Of a DNA stretch of 64,000 bases, positions 25,873-38,299 are shown piece after piece (the first letter of the stretch is position 1; every line of letters begins with the position of its first letter). The position numbers and the translations under genes are program-made. The notes below the pieces were generated by a model. It worked only from the letters and a program-made list of their open reading frames with translations. It ran no database searches and was not told the origin of the DNA. The DNA is from Parasitella parasitica NRRL 2501. Taxonomy: Eukaryota > Fungi > Mucoromycota. The stretch covers positions 3,472 through 67,471 of the forward strand of contig MU619268.1 in the NCBI GenBank assembly GCA_025201805.1, written 5' to 3'.

Positions 25873-26934
25873 GAGACAAAGCAAGTCTTGCATCAAGACA
25901 TGAGCAAGTTCGCCTTCAGATTTCATAATGCACAGTAGGCTGGAAAGAGCTGTGCCTTTGGAGCTCAGGCATCGAGGAATCAGGATAAACTTTCAACGTT
26001 TATTCAATGGAAACTGACGTAAAAATAGCCGATGTAGAGAAGAAGGATCAAAAGGTCATCACCAGTACGCAACAAAAATTAACCTATTTCGAAAGCTTAA
26101 TGAAACTAACGGTGTTGTATGATTCATGAATATGTCAGTTTGCTGATATGATAGCTCCCTGATAACCACTAAGGAAGTTTGCACTAATGAGGCTGTTTGG
26201 ATCCCGCTCTGAGCTACATCACTATGACTTTATGAGTTTGCTACCTCTATGTTCCTACCAGGCACTAAATAATGAAAGCCAAAAATACGTCAAATACAAA
26301 ACTACGCCGCGCGAGAAGGACACGAGTTTGCAGTTTGTTGATGGCGAGGGCCGGTCGGAAAAGAGACAGAGGTTTTAGTTCAATGAGTGTCGTTATCTAG
26401 GCAGCCAATTCAATGCGAGTGAACAATGAAACGACATTACGTTTAACAAGAAGAATGGTTGACCATTTGGTTGTAAAAAAAAAAAAAAAAAACACATCTT
26501 GCATGGCTAACGAAAACAGCAATAGATAGTAGACATGTCTTTGAGCGTTACATGTCTGTGGAACAGATGATGATTAAAATGGCAACTCTTGATGCTTGGG
26601 CTGTAATGCATCCGTAGAGGGAAATCCTCGTGCCTTTAAGCTTTTTTTTTCCTGTGAGAAACGCATGCATACTTGGTAAAGACATGGCGGCCTTGTTCGT
26701 CTGTAGACAGCTGCAGCGGGTTTTAGTAAAATCAACTTTGACTTTTATTGACGATTTTCGTGCTTTACAACTAGGATAAAAAAAGAAGCACCAATGAACA
26801 GTTGCCTATATGTGAGAAAATTTAGCAGATCTTCCTGATTTGTATATTGATGCACCCCACGTTTTTTCAGGTATATAAATGCCATCTTTTTCATTTCAGT
26901 CTTTTGCAATTTTTTTTTTTTTCAATTATCAACT

Positions 26935-28629
26935 ATGCCCAGCTTCATCGGCTCTATTGACCAGGGAACAACCTCAACACGGTTTGTCGTATTTAATGAA
27001 AAGGGTGACATTGTGACACATCATCAAATAGAGTATGAGCAAAGCCATCCCCAGCCTGGATGGATAGAGCACGACCCCTATGATCTGCTGGATTCAGTAC
27101 ACACCTGCATTGAACATGCTATTCTGAAGCTACATCTGTTGGGATATGAAGCATCGGATATCAAATGCATTGGTCTGACAAATCAGAGAGAAACTCTGAT
27201 TACGTGGGACAGTGCTACAGGACATCCGTTATATCCAGCGATCGTATGGAGCGACACACGTACAATCGACACAGTGCAGCAGCTGGCAAAAAAGTCTGAA
27301 AAAGGAGTGGATGCTCTCAAAGATATCTGTGGTTTGCCTCTCACGACGTATTTTTCCGGCGTAAAATTACGATGGCTCCTAGACAATATTCCGGTTGTTG
27401 TACAAGCACAAAATCAAAATAGGCTTTGCGTTGGCACAGTAGACACTTGGTTGCTTTATGTAAGTGTGACCACAAACATTTGAGTTACTTCTTCTATTCC
27501 CATACTAACACGTATTGGTGGTTTTTCCAGAATTTAACTGGCGGCCTAGACCATGGAGGGGTCATTGTCACTGATGTAACCAATGCCAGCAGGACTATGT
27601 TGATGGATATCAATACTTTAAACTGGAGTCCCGAATCAATTGAGTAAGTCTTTTTTTTTTTTTTTTCCCTGCATTACACAAGATGACTGAAAAAATACAC
27701 GCAGATTTTTTGGCTTTGAACAAGTGCGTTTACCAAGAATCGTGTCATCGTCCGAGATTTACGGCACATTGGCTGAAGGCTCGCTTAAAGGTGTCCAAAT
27801 TGCTGGCTGTCTAGGCGATCAACAGGCTGCTCTCGTTGGTCAGCAGTGCTTTCAAGTGGGTGACGCAAAGAATACCTATGGCACTGGCTGTTTCATGCTA
27901 TTCAACACTGGCAATCAACCAGTGCAATCTCAAAATGGACTGTTGACAACTGTGGCGTATAAATTCGGCAACCATGAAGCTGCTTATGCTTTGGAGGGAT
28001 CTGTGGCTGTAGCAGGCTCTTCTATCAATTGGCTTCGTGATAATCTTGGCATCATTGCTGATGCTACCGAGTTGAATACGCTTGCGTCAAAGGTAAAAAG
28101 CACTGCTGGGGTGTATTTTGTTACTGCTTTTGCTGGTCTGTTTGCTCCTTACTGGAGATCAGACGCTCGCGGAACGATTTGCGGCATTACCCATTACACC
28201 AAATTGGAGCACATTTGTCGGGCTGCATTGGAAGCAGTTTGCTATCAGTCTCGTGCTATTCTAGAAGCTATGAATAAGGATTCAAAGACACCCCTGCGAT
28301 CTTTGAAGGTGGATGGCGGCATGTCCAACTCTGATCTTTGTATGCAGATTCAATCAGACATCTTGGGGATTCCAGTAGATCGTCCATTGATGAGAGAAAC
28401 TACTGCTTTGGGGTCTGCTATTGCTGCTGGCTTTGCCTGTGGCATCTGGAAGTCTTTTGAGGAATTGTCTGGCATCAATCAAGAAGGCAGGACTCAATTT
28501 GAATCAAAAATAACTCCAAAACGTCGTAAGAAAATGTGCGATGGATGGGAGCAGGCTGTAAAACGTTCTTTTGGTTGGGCCAACATTTCCACTACAGTTT
28601 CTACTGAGGATAAAGTTCTTCGGCTCTAG
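26935..28629 (+). CDS. GUT1: Glycerol kinase (3 exons)
   Basis: FGGY motifs '[14 protein letters not shown]', 'IGLTNQRET', '[12 protein letters not shown]', '[10 protein letters not shown]', '[11 protein letters not shown]' and 'LKVDGGM'. Confidence 0.97.
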
Positions 28630-29082
28630 ATTACATGTATCTTGTCAACATTATATTGTAAACTACTTATTGTACCATATTTATATACCCCATCTTTCCA
28701 CTCGTTCGATTCCTCTTTTTATTGTAATAGGGTATCGCTTTAATAAAGTTGACACCATTTTAAAATACAATGTGTGTTGTATGTAACACCAGGAAGCTGG
28801 ATTCTACGGAACAATCTTTTGAAATTGCTTTTTAGGTTGCATAAAACGCGACTCTCCGCATCGAAAAGTCTCCCTTTTATGGAATGACTGAAAGCCTTGT
28901 AAAATGATGGTTCAAAGCACGCCAAATATGCGGATGCAGTACTGTAATTTGAATGTTGAAAATATGTGTTTTATTTAAAACTTATATGTGCAGAGGTTTA
29001 CTTTTTAAAAGTGGTTTTCATCATATGATATTACACACTAAAATTCAGCTAGTTGGTTAATTTACAATGTACGGGAAAGAAT

Positions 29083-29367
29083 CTAAAAGCCTTTTTCTTC
29101 GCCTTCTGATATGATCTTCTTGACAATGTCGTTCTTGTTGGTAGTATTGAAAGCGCTTTCCAATGCACCATTGGAGGGATGGATAGGTTCTCCTGTGTTA
29201 CTACCAGTGGCAGAGGTATAGACGTCGAGTTTTTGGACCACGTCAATGAGAGGGATAGTTGTATCCTTCTTCCATTTGGAGACCATACCTTCGTTGGCAA
29301 TGACAAAAAATTCGGTGTTGTCGGCGGCCTTGTAGACGACTTTGGTGGCTTTATCAGAGGAAGACAT
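29083..29367 (-). CDS. SBDS/SDO1 N-terminal-domain protein (RTC3/YHR087W-like)
   Basis: 94-aa intronless ORF: 'KVVYK...FFVIA...KWKKDTTIPLIDVV...LESAFNT...DIVKKIISEG'. Confidence 0.82.
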   Translation of the reverse strand: MSSSDKATKVVYKAADNTEFFVIANEGMVSKWKKDTTIPLIDVVQKLDVYTSATGSNTGEPIHPSNGALESAFNTTNKNDIVKKIISEGEEKGF

Positions 29368-31142
29368 TTTGAATTGTTTGGTTTTGATTTACTTGGATGA
29401 AATACAAAGGTTATAGAACAGTTTTACGATAATTTTTGCTGTATTTATAGTGAAATATAGTGAAAACCAGTCGTCTCAAGCACTGGAAATGACGTTAATA
29501 TGAAATCATAATGCTTCTTTTGTTCACATTTTTTAAACATCCGTCCTTATGCAATGAAGAGATCTGTAGTGAGATGAATAACAATGACCTCACTATCCAT
29601 AGGTAATAACAGTATAAACATCGTACAGTTTTCGCGTACAATACTGTAGTAACAAAGAACGTTCATATCCTTCAAATAAATGGTTTCTCCGACCCTTTCC
29701 AACGACGATTGTCATAAATAATACAGTTTCAAACATCTACAAACGTCATGTTAATCAAAATAGTTTGATTGTGATTAAAATGTTAGCGTAATGCCAACAT
29801 ATTACATAGTTTTATCGTTAGACTGAGGTTACAGAGCCTAAGTAGTTATTTTATGTATCATATGCAAACTGCCACCTTATAAATAACTCGACAGTCGTAT
29901 ACATTTCAAGGCGATTATTGCTAAAATCTACGTTCCCAAAATTATTACCTAAAATGGTAATTACTATTCAAGCAACATGTGATACAGCTAGCATTTTCGC
30001 ATTTTTCTTTGAAGGCGCTATGGAGATACTTGCTATATCGCCTCACCCCTCGTACCACAATTGCATCGCTGTCTTCACTCCTTTGACAAATATGGACAGT
30101 CAAGAAGACACTATAGCATGCAGCCGCACTGGTGTTATTCTAGAAAGTATAAACGAGGATGGATAACCTTATATGGATTTTCCCTATTTTACTCGATCGA
30201 CAACAATGAATTTCTGATGTATTCAGCAGTAAAGATGGCATGTAGATGATACAAATAAGGACACACACACTGGGAGTGAAATGGTTAACCTCAGTTTTAG
30301 CAACACTACAAACACCATATGTTCTGATCTGACATACATCACTTGCTTAAAATTGTTTATATTTAAGGCCCCCTTCCATATTAAAAGGGAGTATGATACA
30401 CTATGTGTGCTTGAATAGCAATTAACAGAATTCAATGATTTTGCAGTAATAAAGTGTATCTGTATGCATTTTTATTAAATTAGATGTGTGTCAAGAGATT
30501 TCAGGAGGGGGAAAAAAAAGCTTTGAAAAGCATCTTAATTAAACTTTTTGAGTCAAAGACTTGAATGTCCTACTTGGATGCATAAGATATATAACATGTT
30601 TAGAAATGCCGTAGTTATTATTAGAAATTGACATTGCATAGAACTACAAGAGATCGGCAATTGTTTCTATTTTATATTTTCCGTGGTGATCTACACCATC
30701 TACTCTTTTTTTAGAATTAATACTTAGAGATTAATGTATACTAAGAAGAGGAGGAAAGCAATAAGTCCTCAAAACGGTTATTTAATCGTATAGAGATTGA
30801 TGTCTATCTGTCTTTTCACTGTTTCAATTAAAGATTATGATTATTAAAAGGAGAAAATAGATATAATCTCCTGAATAGGAGTGGATCATGGATAATGCAT
30901 AGACAGAGATCTTCAATCAATATGTAACTCGACAGGGGGAGGGGGGGGGGGGAATAACACTCCCTTGGGTGGAGTTCTGTAAAATAAAAGTAAAAAGAAC
31001 GTGAATCTGTAACAGATAATGGGAGAAATCCTAGTTCACAAAAACGTATAAATACGCTACAATTCAGAACAGAAACCAAAAGATTATAATCATCTTGTCA
31101 ACTCTTTAAAGTATATTACACTCCTTAATTTATAAATCTAAA

Positions 31143-31673
31143 ATGAAGGTATGAAGCTCATCACTAGCCGCAATCAACAACATATTATTAACCTCCAATT
31201 GTTAGTTTTCTCTCGTTTCTGCTTTTTTTATTGGCCTTGCTGCCCTTGTTGTCGCCGAAGATGAACCTCGCTATTTCCTGGCTCCTGGTGCCGATGCAGA
31301 ATTCCCTACAAACGGCCAAATCAGTTTTACTGCCGTTGGCATCACCAATGATGCTGATGAAACTATCATTGCTAAATTGTTCAATGCTGCAGATGATTCA
31401 GAAGTCAAGCAAATTGGATCTTACTCCGGTGAACCCATTGTTCGTCCTGACGATGAAAATCCTTGGAGCTTTACTTGGGTTATCGATGTTCAGCCTGGAA
31501 CTTACTACGTTCGTCTTTATGAGCAAGATGCCGATGGCCAAATTGACGATGATGATGAATGGGATAACGAAATCATCAGTTACGATTTCCGCGTTGTCAG
31601 CCCTCCCTCCAAGAGAAAGAGATCTTTAAGACGTTCTCAAAGAGCACAAGCTTTGAAAATGGCTGGCTTGTAA
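31143..31673 (+). CDS. Uncharacterised secreted acidic protein (157 aa, 2 exons) with a basic C-terminal tail after KRKR
   Basis: ATG AAG|gtatga...ttag|TTT splicing gives MKFSLVSAFFIGLAALVVA-EDEPRYF..., open to the TAA at 31673; upstream TATAAA; codon use looks like that of a highly expressed gene. Confidence 0.85.
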
Positions 31674-32020
31674 GATGTTACTTTACTATATTTAATGCAG
31701 CTTTCGAGCGTTCAATTGTCATCGCTCACAGTTAAAACAATTCAGTTTTTTTTTCTCTTACTCTTTAATCCAATTTTTACATATTAACTATTCCCATTTT
31801 CCATTCCTTTAAATGATAGAATTACTATTGTTTGTTTATATTTTCAATAAATTTTTAAATATCTGACCAAAAAGTTTATACTCGAGTTTAAAGTTCTGAC
31901 ATTTTAAAGTGGTCTCTGGATCAAACTGTAATGATCCCGTTTCTAGTCACGATAACCTTATACAATAATGGAAGCATTTCGAGTGGAACGTGTCTCTCTT
32001 CCTTATTTTAAATATTAGAT

Positions 32021-32725
32021 ATGGTTCAAAACAACATAATTGGACTGCATGCTTATGTTGTTCCCCTTTTGCACGCAGCTAAATACCCATCTTCTGATGT
32101 TTGTGGCGTACTACTAGGCCAAAATACTTCTGATGGATTACTAGTCAAGACAGCTATTCCATTTTTTCATCACTGGACAACTGTAACACCTATGCTCGAA
32201 GTTGCTTTAAAACAGGTGCGATATACATGTATATTGATATTTCATACACTAACGTTGATTTTATTAAGACTGATATATATGCCAAAAAGAATGATCTGAG
32301 CATCGTTGGTTGGTACCATGGCAACGCTCGTAATGACGATAATGTGTTGCCTGAAAGAGCTATTAACGTGACAGAGACCATCAAAAAGAACAACCAAGAT
32401 CAGGCTATTATTTTTTTGCTTGACAATAAGCAATTCATCAGTTTGGATTCAGATAAATCAGCCATAACAGTAAGTTTATTTTATTCATGTAAACATCAAT
32501 GGACAACTGAATCAGAAGATGTAGCCATTTGTATTTGTTGATAATCAATGGAGAAAAATTAAAGAGGCTTTTAACAACGACGAAGTCAAATTTAGCGATA
32601 AAGATACCTTTTCCAAAGTTCGCAATTTATTCAACAGTGCTGCATATAATAGAATTCATGATTTCGATGAGCATATAGACGATATCTCATTAAATTGGTT
32701 AGAAACAAGCAAAATGGTTTTATAA
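32021..32725 (+). CDS. ER membrane protein complex subunit 8/9 (UPF0172, MPN-like)
   Basis: 'LLHAAKYPSSDVCGVLLG...AIPFFH...TPMLEVALKQ', 'IVGWYHGN' and 'IHDFDEHIDDISLNWLE'. Confidence 0.92.
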
Positions 32726-32740
32726 ATAAATGTAATTTTT

Positions 32741-34854
32741 CTAAACGAATTTTTTGTCATTACGTTCAACACGCAATTTCCAGTAGAGATAACCAGCAAT
32801 GCCAAATAAAAATTGTGCGATAAAGGCGTAGAATATGTATTTAAGCAGGCTGGACATTGTTCCCTTGGTTTCTGCTGAATGAAGGTTGACTTCATTCATC
32901 TTTTTTTGCATCATATTGGACTGAGAAAGTATACGTTTCTGTATAGAATGTGAATACGCAAAATTGTTGCCTTGCAAATGTCAACTTACATCCAACACAG
33001 CAAGCGTTTCTTCCAATCTAGCTACGACCGTTTGAATTTCTTGCATTTTACGGTTTTGTTCCTGAGCTAATCGCTCAAATTGGTCGGTGGCCTTCTTTGA
33101 TTCGGACCGAACCTGGTCAGTGATATGAGATAGGTCGCTATAGATGGGATTGCTTGATGAGCAAGAGTTACGCTATGTATTTGATGGCTTACATGTTACT
33201 ATTGCCACTTGCACTTGGTACGGCTTTACTAAAATCTGGTTTTTGAAAATTACCAGTAATAGCATCATCTGGACTTGGTGCTCCTAACGCTTCAATTTGT
33301 AATTGGACAATTTGAATGTGTTCAATTGCTCGTTTTTGAGTGTCATAAATAGCAGCCTACATTGTAGATCATTTTGAAACATTAATGTTTAAGCTAGCAT
33401 ACCATGTATGAGCAAATCAAATTACCATAGTAACAGCCGTTTCTCCCTCGAAACCTTCAGTTTGATCTCGCAATTTTCTCATTTGATATTCTGCTTCTTC
33501 GATCTTCTTTTTCTGCTCCTCGTCTATACCTGTGAATTCGTCTCCTCTCTTCTTTTTTTCATCTTCTAGTGGGCGTTTTGGGTGCTATACAAACATAATA
33601 AATATATACATAGTGCGTGAAATTAGATTTGGTGAGAAAGATAATGATCAACTAATCAAACTTACCTCTAATTTTTGAGGAGGATTCAGCTGCTTTGTCT
33701 CAAATGAATAAATGTCATGATCATCTAGTGGAAATTGATTTAATTTATACGTTTAGGCACACAAATAAATCTGTTACGAACCAGCAGGTGTGTGCGACGA
33801 GGCCTAAAGAAGACGTGTCAAAATCTAATCCAAACTACATGCTTAACCAACTTACAGATACGCCAAAATAATATCCAGTAGGTAATTTAATGCCGGATTT
33901 TTGAACACAAATGCGATGATCTTTTCCGCCTGATCCGTTATCCATAGAAATCTATTTTTCAGCCAAGGAAGATCAGCATATTACACCGAAAAGGAGAGGG
34001 AGAGGGGAAAAGGAAGGGAAGGGAGGGGAGAGGAGAGGGGCGGTAGAAGGCAACACTAAAAAACAAAACAAACAAAAAGTACATGTACTTACACTAAGTG
34101 TCGTGTCTTTGTAAGATACTTTGAGATAAGATGGGTTCTCTGTATTTCTGTAACTGATAGAACACGAGCCTAACATGTGCTTGGTTGGATCAGTACCAGC
34201 AGCAAATGCCTTGGTTCCATCATTCAATAACACCATTGTACTGGGTTTATGTGTCTAGTTTATAGATATCAAATTCATTAGATGACGAAATGACATTTCA
34301 AATGGCTCCTACGATCGTACCACTGGATTAGCAGAATCAAGCCAAACGCTGAGTCCATCCCATTTATCCCTGGCACCAAATACAGGGCCACTTTCTTCTC
34401 TGTCTTTTGTATACCAAAATGCCAAACCACGCCCACCATGCATATTATTGCCTGTGACTTTAAAAGCTATCTCCACTTCCCATGATTCATAAGGATTTGG
34501 TATTTCAGACCAAATGTATCCTTTTGTATTTGGTATAGAAGGAGACAAACGGATAAAATCCGATGATTTCAATACGTCTAGATATCGATCAGTAATTTAT
34601 CATTCACATACACATGCACGCACACAACGCACACAATGGCAATACTTACCACCACCTAGTGTCCAAAAAGGTACAGAGCTATTGTAGTAAAAGTTTTTTT
34701 TAAAGGAAAGCTTGTAATCAAATTTGGAAGTTGGAGCAAAAGGCAAGTTTTCTTCTGCCTGGATAGGGTCCGTTTTGGCACTCCCCCATATACCAGCAGA
34801 ACACGTTTCAAGTAGTAGCAAAGAGGATATAACAACTACACCAAAGCTTTTCAT
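32741..34854 (-). CDS. Legume-like (L-type) lectin cargo receptor, ERGIC-53/EMP47 family
   Basis: Signal peptide, 'FDYKLSFK', 'IRLSPS...GYIWS', 'GGRGLAFWYT', 'GYYFGVSA', 'DDHDIYSF', a coiled-coil stalk, a TM segment and the C-terminal KKFV (KKxx) signal. Confidence 0.92.
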
Positions 34855-35571
34855 TGTGATAACAAACGCGTAAAGTATAAAGATAGAAAAAAGAGGGGTA
34901 AAATCCGTTTAAATAATATTTGCTTTGTGTATGACAACTCTTTCCAATTTTGTTCAGCAGCATGAAAGCGAGTTACATGCACTTCAGAAGCCTGCTTTGC
35001 AAGGAAATCTCACTAAACACACCACAGGTATAATCTTAGTCAGAGAATTCTCTCTTTACCTGGAGGAGCCGTGGCTTTCTAAAGCTTCAGATATACTTAC
35101 GCTCAATAAAGTAGTATTAGATGCGAATCGCAAACCTTTCAACAAAGTTAACACACGCCACTAGCGCTTGTACCTAAAGGCCAAAAATCTGGCAGATCAT
35201 AGCGTGTCAGACAAACAACATTTGTCAACTTCATAATTCTTGTGATTACAACTATATAAACATCAAGAAATAACTTTGAACCCAATATTGCTGTTGCTTG
35301 TTAAAAGAATATCAAATTAAATAGACAATCTTATTTTATAATATTACTCTTTTCCTTATCCTGGAATTTTGTCGTATATGTAATATGCATGCTTAGAACT
35401 GAGCATTGGCAAAATATAATTTTGATTATCGATTTAAATAATGATCGACATTCTGCCACAATATTTTATGTAGATAAAATCAAGATAGAGCTGTCAAAGC
35501 TCATTCTGTTTATTATGAAAAAAAAAGAGGGGGGGGGGGAGTGTCGGGCAGGATACTACAGTATAAATCAC

Positions 35572-36946
35572 TCAGGATGATGTCGAGTTGCTAGAATTAG
35601 CAGAAGAGTCAAGGCTCTGATCAAGCAAGCGGGCCGTTGTTTGCGATGTAGACGTTGATTGCTGTTCTTGTTGCGGGAGTTTATTGTTCTTGATGGCTTT
35701 TTTTCTGTCGACTTCTTCTTGCTCTGCAAGAGATAACCTTATCGCTTCCATCACCATCCAATCTTCCAGATCCATATTTACATCTCTTATATTGTTAAAA
35801 TGTTGGTTATATTCATTTGCTGCGGCTGATGACGCTGATCTGCCCGGTCTAGTCAACAACGATGTTACACCAGCAGCTCTTAATATGTTGTTATGGCGAA
35901 AACTATTTGACGTTGAATTTCGTCTAGACGCAGCTCTGGCTGGATTTGGTGCTGGTGTTATTGTTTTATCCCAATTTGGCCTGATATGATCTATGTATGT
36001 ATATTTTTTAAAGTGTTGATAAAATAGGGATGATGGACGCTTGTTTTGCCATAGAATTACCTATCAACACAACATCTGGATTCTTATGGTCGACGCTTTC
36101 ACGGCGAGGTCCATCTGATCCTCCAATTCCTGATGTCGTGTGTCTTGTTCCAGTCATGGTACTATGTGAACCACTTCTGGAACGAGCCTGGAATTTCTCG
36201 CTCCATGATGGTGGCTCATATATGATGCCATAATTTTCCTGCATGCAATAAGGACATGTAGCTGGAATTGAAGGTGTTTCTATAGGGCGATGAATTTGGA
36301 CAAAGCACTCTGTACAGATGGGTTGGTCACAACAACGGGAATAGTTGATGTTTGCAGGATAATACTATGAGATATGAGTGGCATGGACGGTGCTCTACAG
36401 TGCATTTATTTATTATCTTACCAAGAAACAAATGGGACACTCAACAGCATCATTGTACAACATCTTTTCTCTGTGCTTCATTTTCTCTACGAATGCTTTC
36501 TTTCGTTCCATGTAAGGATCGTAAGAGGCGTCCTTCTGTGAAGCACTGCGAGGTCTAGTTGTAGGTTTAATGTCAGCCGAATGTATGTTAAGATTGGAGA
36601 GGGAGGTTGATATGGTAGATAAGGATGACGATGATGACTGTGGTAAAGGTAGACTGGCAGATGTCGTTGCTGTTACTGTCTCTGGAGCATCAGGCAGACC
36701 TAATTATAAATGTTGGATGTTTGTTGCTAGACTATCGTCATTCTTACCTTTGTAGAATGGAGCTATTTTTCTCTGGACGATTAATTTCTGCAAGATACGA
36801 GGGTCGTAATCTTGCTCTGTGGTTGCATATAAACCATTCGGGAATACGGCACCCAAGTCTACCAGATCTTCTATCTTTTGTTCAGGTATACGGCCTTGTT
36901 TTGTATTTCTGATACCATTGGTATGTTTAGACGCGTTGGCACCCAT
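35572..36946 (-). CDS. SIP5: SIP5-like RING-type zinc finger protein
   Basis: MGANASK N-terminus, '[33 protein letters not shown]', 'ECPICFL|[24 protein letters not shown]', and the UIM-like '[16 protein letters not shown]'. Confidence 0.88.
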
Positions 36947-37462
36947 TTCTTTTTTATTTTTATTTTTATTTTTATTATTTGGATGAAAGGATGTGAGAAA
37001 GAAAAAGAAGAAAAGTGTTGGTTTATTAACGGTAAAATAATAAACAGAGCGAATTCACCAGGCATGAACATTTAAACTCATTGTTGTCATCCACATTGTG
37101 GAATAAAACGGAAGCCCTTTTCTTCTTTGCCGCCGTATATCAACTTACAATTCTTTGAACACTGCCTGTCCACTATCTCATCACTCGAACCCTTCATACT
37201 TGTAAAATAGAGACACAATAAATGCCGATATAAACTCTTTTTAAAATACCTCATCAAAGTATCTGATTTATTTGCATGAATGCAATCCAAAGATGACATG
37301 TCTTTGTGTTATATGTGGGAATGCAACAGAGCAAGCAATAACATAAAGTGCTTTCGGTCATCACACCAGAACCAAAGTCTTTATTGAACTGAGAGGGAAA
37401 GAGTTGTTGTTTTTTAACGTATCTTACACATGATTTATTAATGCTGTAATATCTAGATAATT

Positions 37463-38019
37463 CTAAGTTTGTGTGAAAGAAGTTGCCGCTACGGGTAGTA
37501 CATCAATGATGGCGTTTGCTGGAGCATGTCCTTGATTCTCGGTTAAGGCACCGTCTAACACATAGGTATATGCGCCTGATTTTCGGTGCTCATTCATTTC
37601 GTATGCAATCACAAGCTGACATCCTACAAGTATAAAGAATTAGTTGCCATGGTAACCACTATTCGACAGGTTGCTACTTGCTTGGGCAGTGGTATCTGAA
37701 TTGCTTCTCGTACCCTTCACGTCTATTCGCAATAACATACAATTTAGGGCTCTAACCTGTACCGTGGTTTTACACAAACAAACCTCTTTAATAATATACA
37801 TTCTCCTGCTTCTGCCGTAAGTTTATATGTTCTCCTGGTGTTTGAGATAATAGTGGCGTTGTCGGTTCGTCTTCTTGGTAACTGACGAAGATCCGCATCA
37901 ATAACTAGTGCGAATTCTGAGCATAGACAATAATATACGTGTAATGATTTGGGTTGATTATCAGGTTTTGTGGCATGATCTGACGAGGATACTACTGACG
38001 AGGATACAATTTTAGGCAT
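37463..38019 (-). CDS. STEEP1: STEEP1 / CXorf56 (UPF0428) homologue, 3 exons
   Basis: 'MPKIVSSSVVSSSD...LHVYYCLCSEFALVID..L.QLPRRRTD', 'EGYEKQFRYHCPRCQLVIAY' and 'YVLDGAL'. Confidence 0.88.
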
Positions 38020-38239
38020 GATTGCAAAGCTGGTACAAGAAAAAGAAGTGAAAAGAAGTTGTCCATTTTGCAAACATGACTGTGACCCCCAGAGAGTTGG
38101 GCCAATCAAGCATCAATGGTATCATGCACTGCACCACTCCATTTCAAGCCTATTGTAAAAGACAATGGTAACCTATACGTCATTTGCTGTCCACCCTGAT
38201 CAGAAATCATTAAAAGGGCCAAAGTTTCATTTAAGTTCG

Positions 38240-38272
<33 letters not shown>

Positions 38273-38299
38273 TCTTTCTCCCTAACCCTTACTGTTAGC

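Noticed and set aside
26341-26420. SRP RNA / RNase P-like motifs (GGTCGGAAAAG, CCAATTCA)
   Set aside because: Only short partial matches; the flanking helices do not form.
28600-28640. Cryptic PTS1 on glycerol kinase
   Set aside because: The C-terminus is LRL, the stop is TAG-A rather than a TGA-CTA readthrough context, and the SRL in another frame is not followed by a stop.
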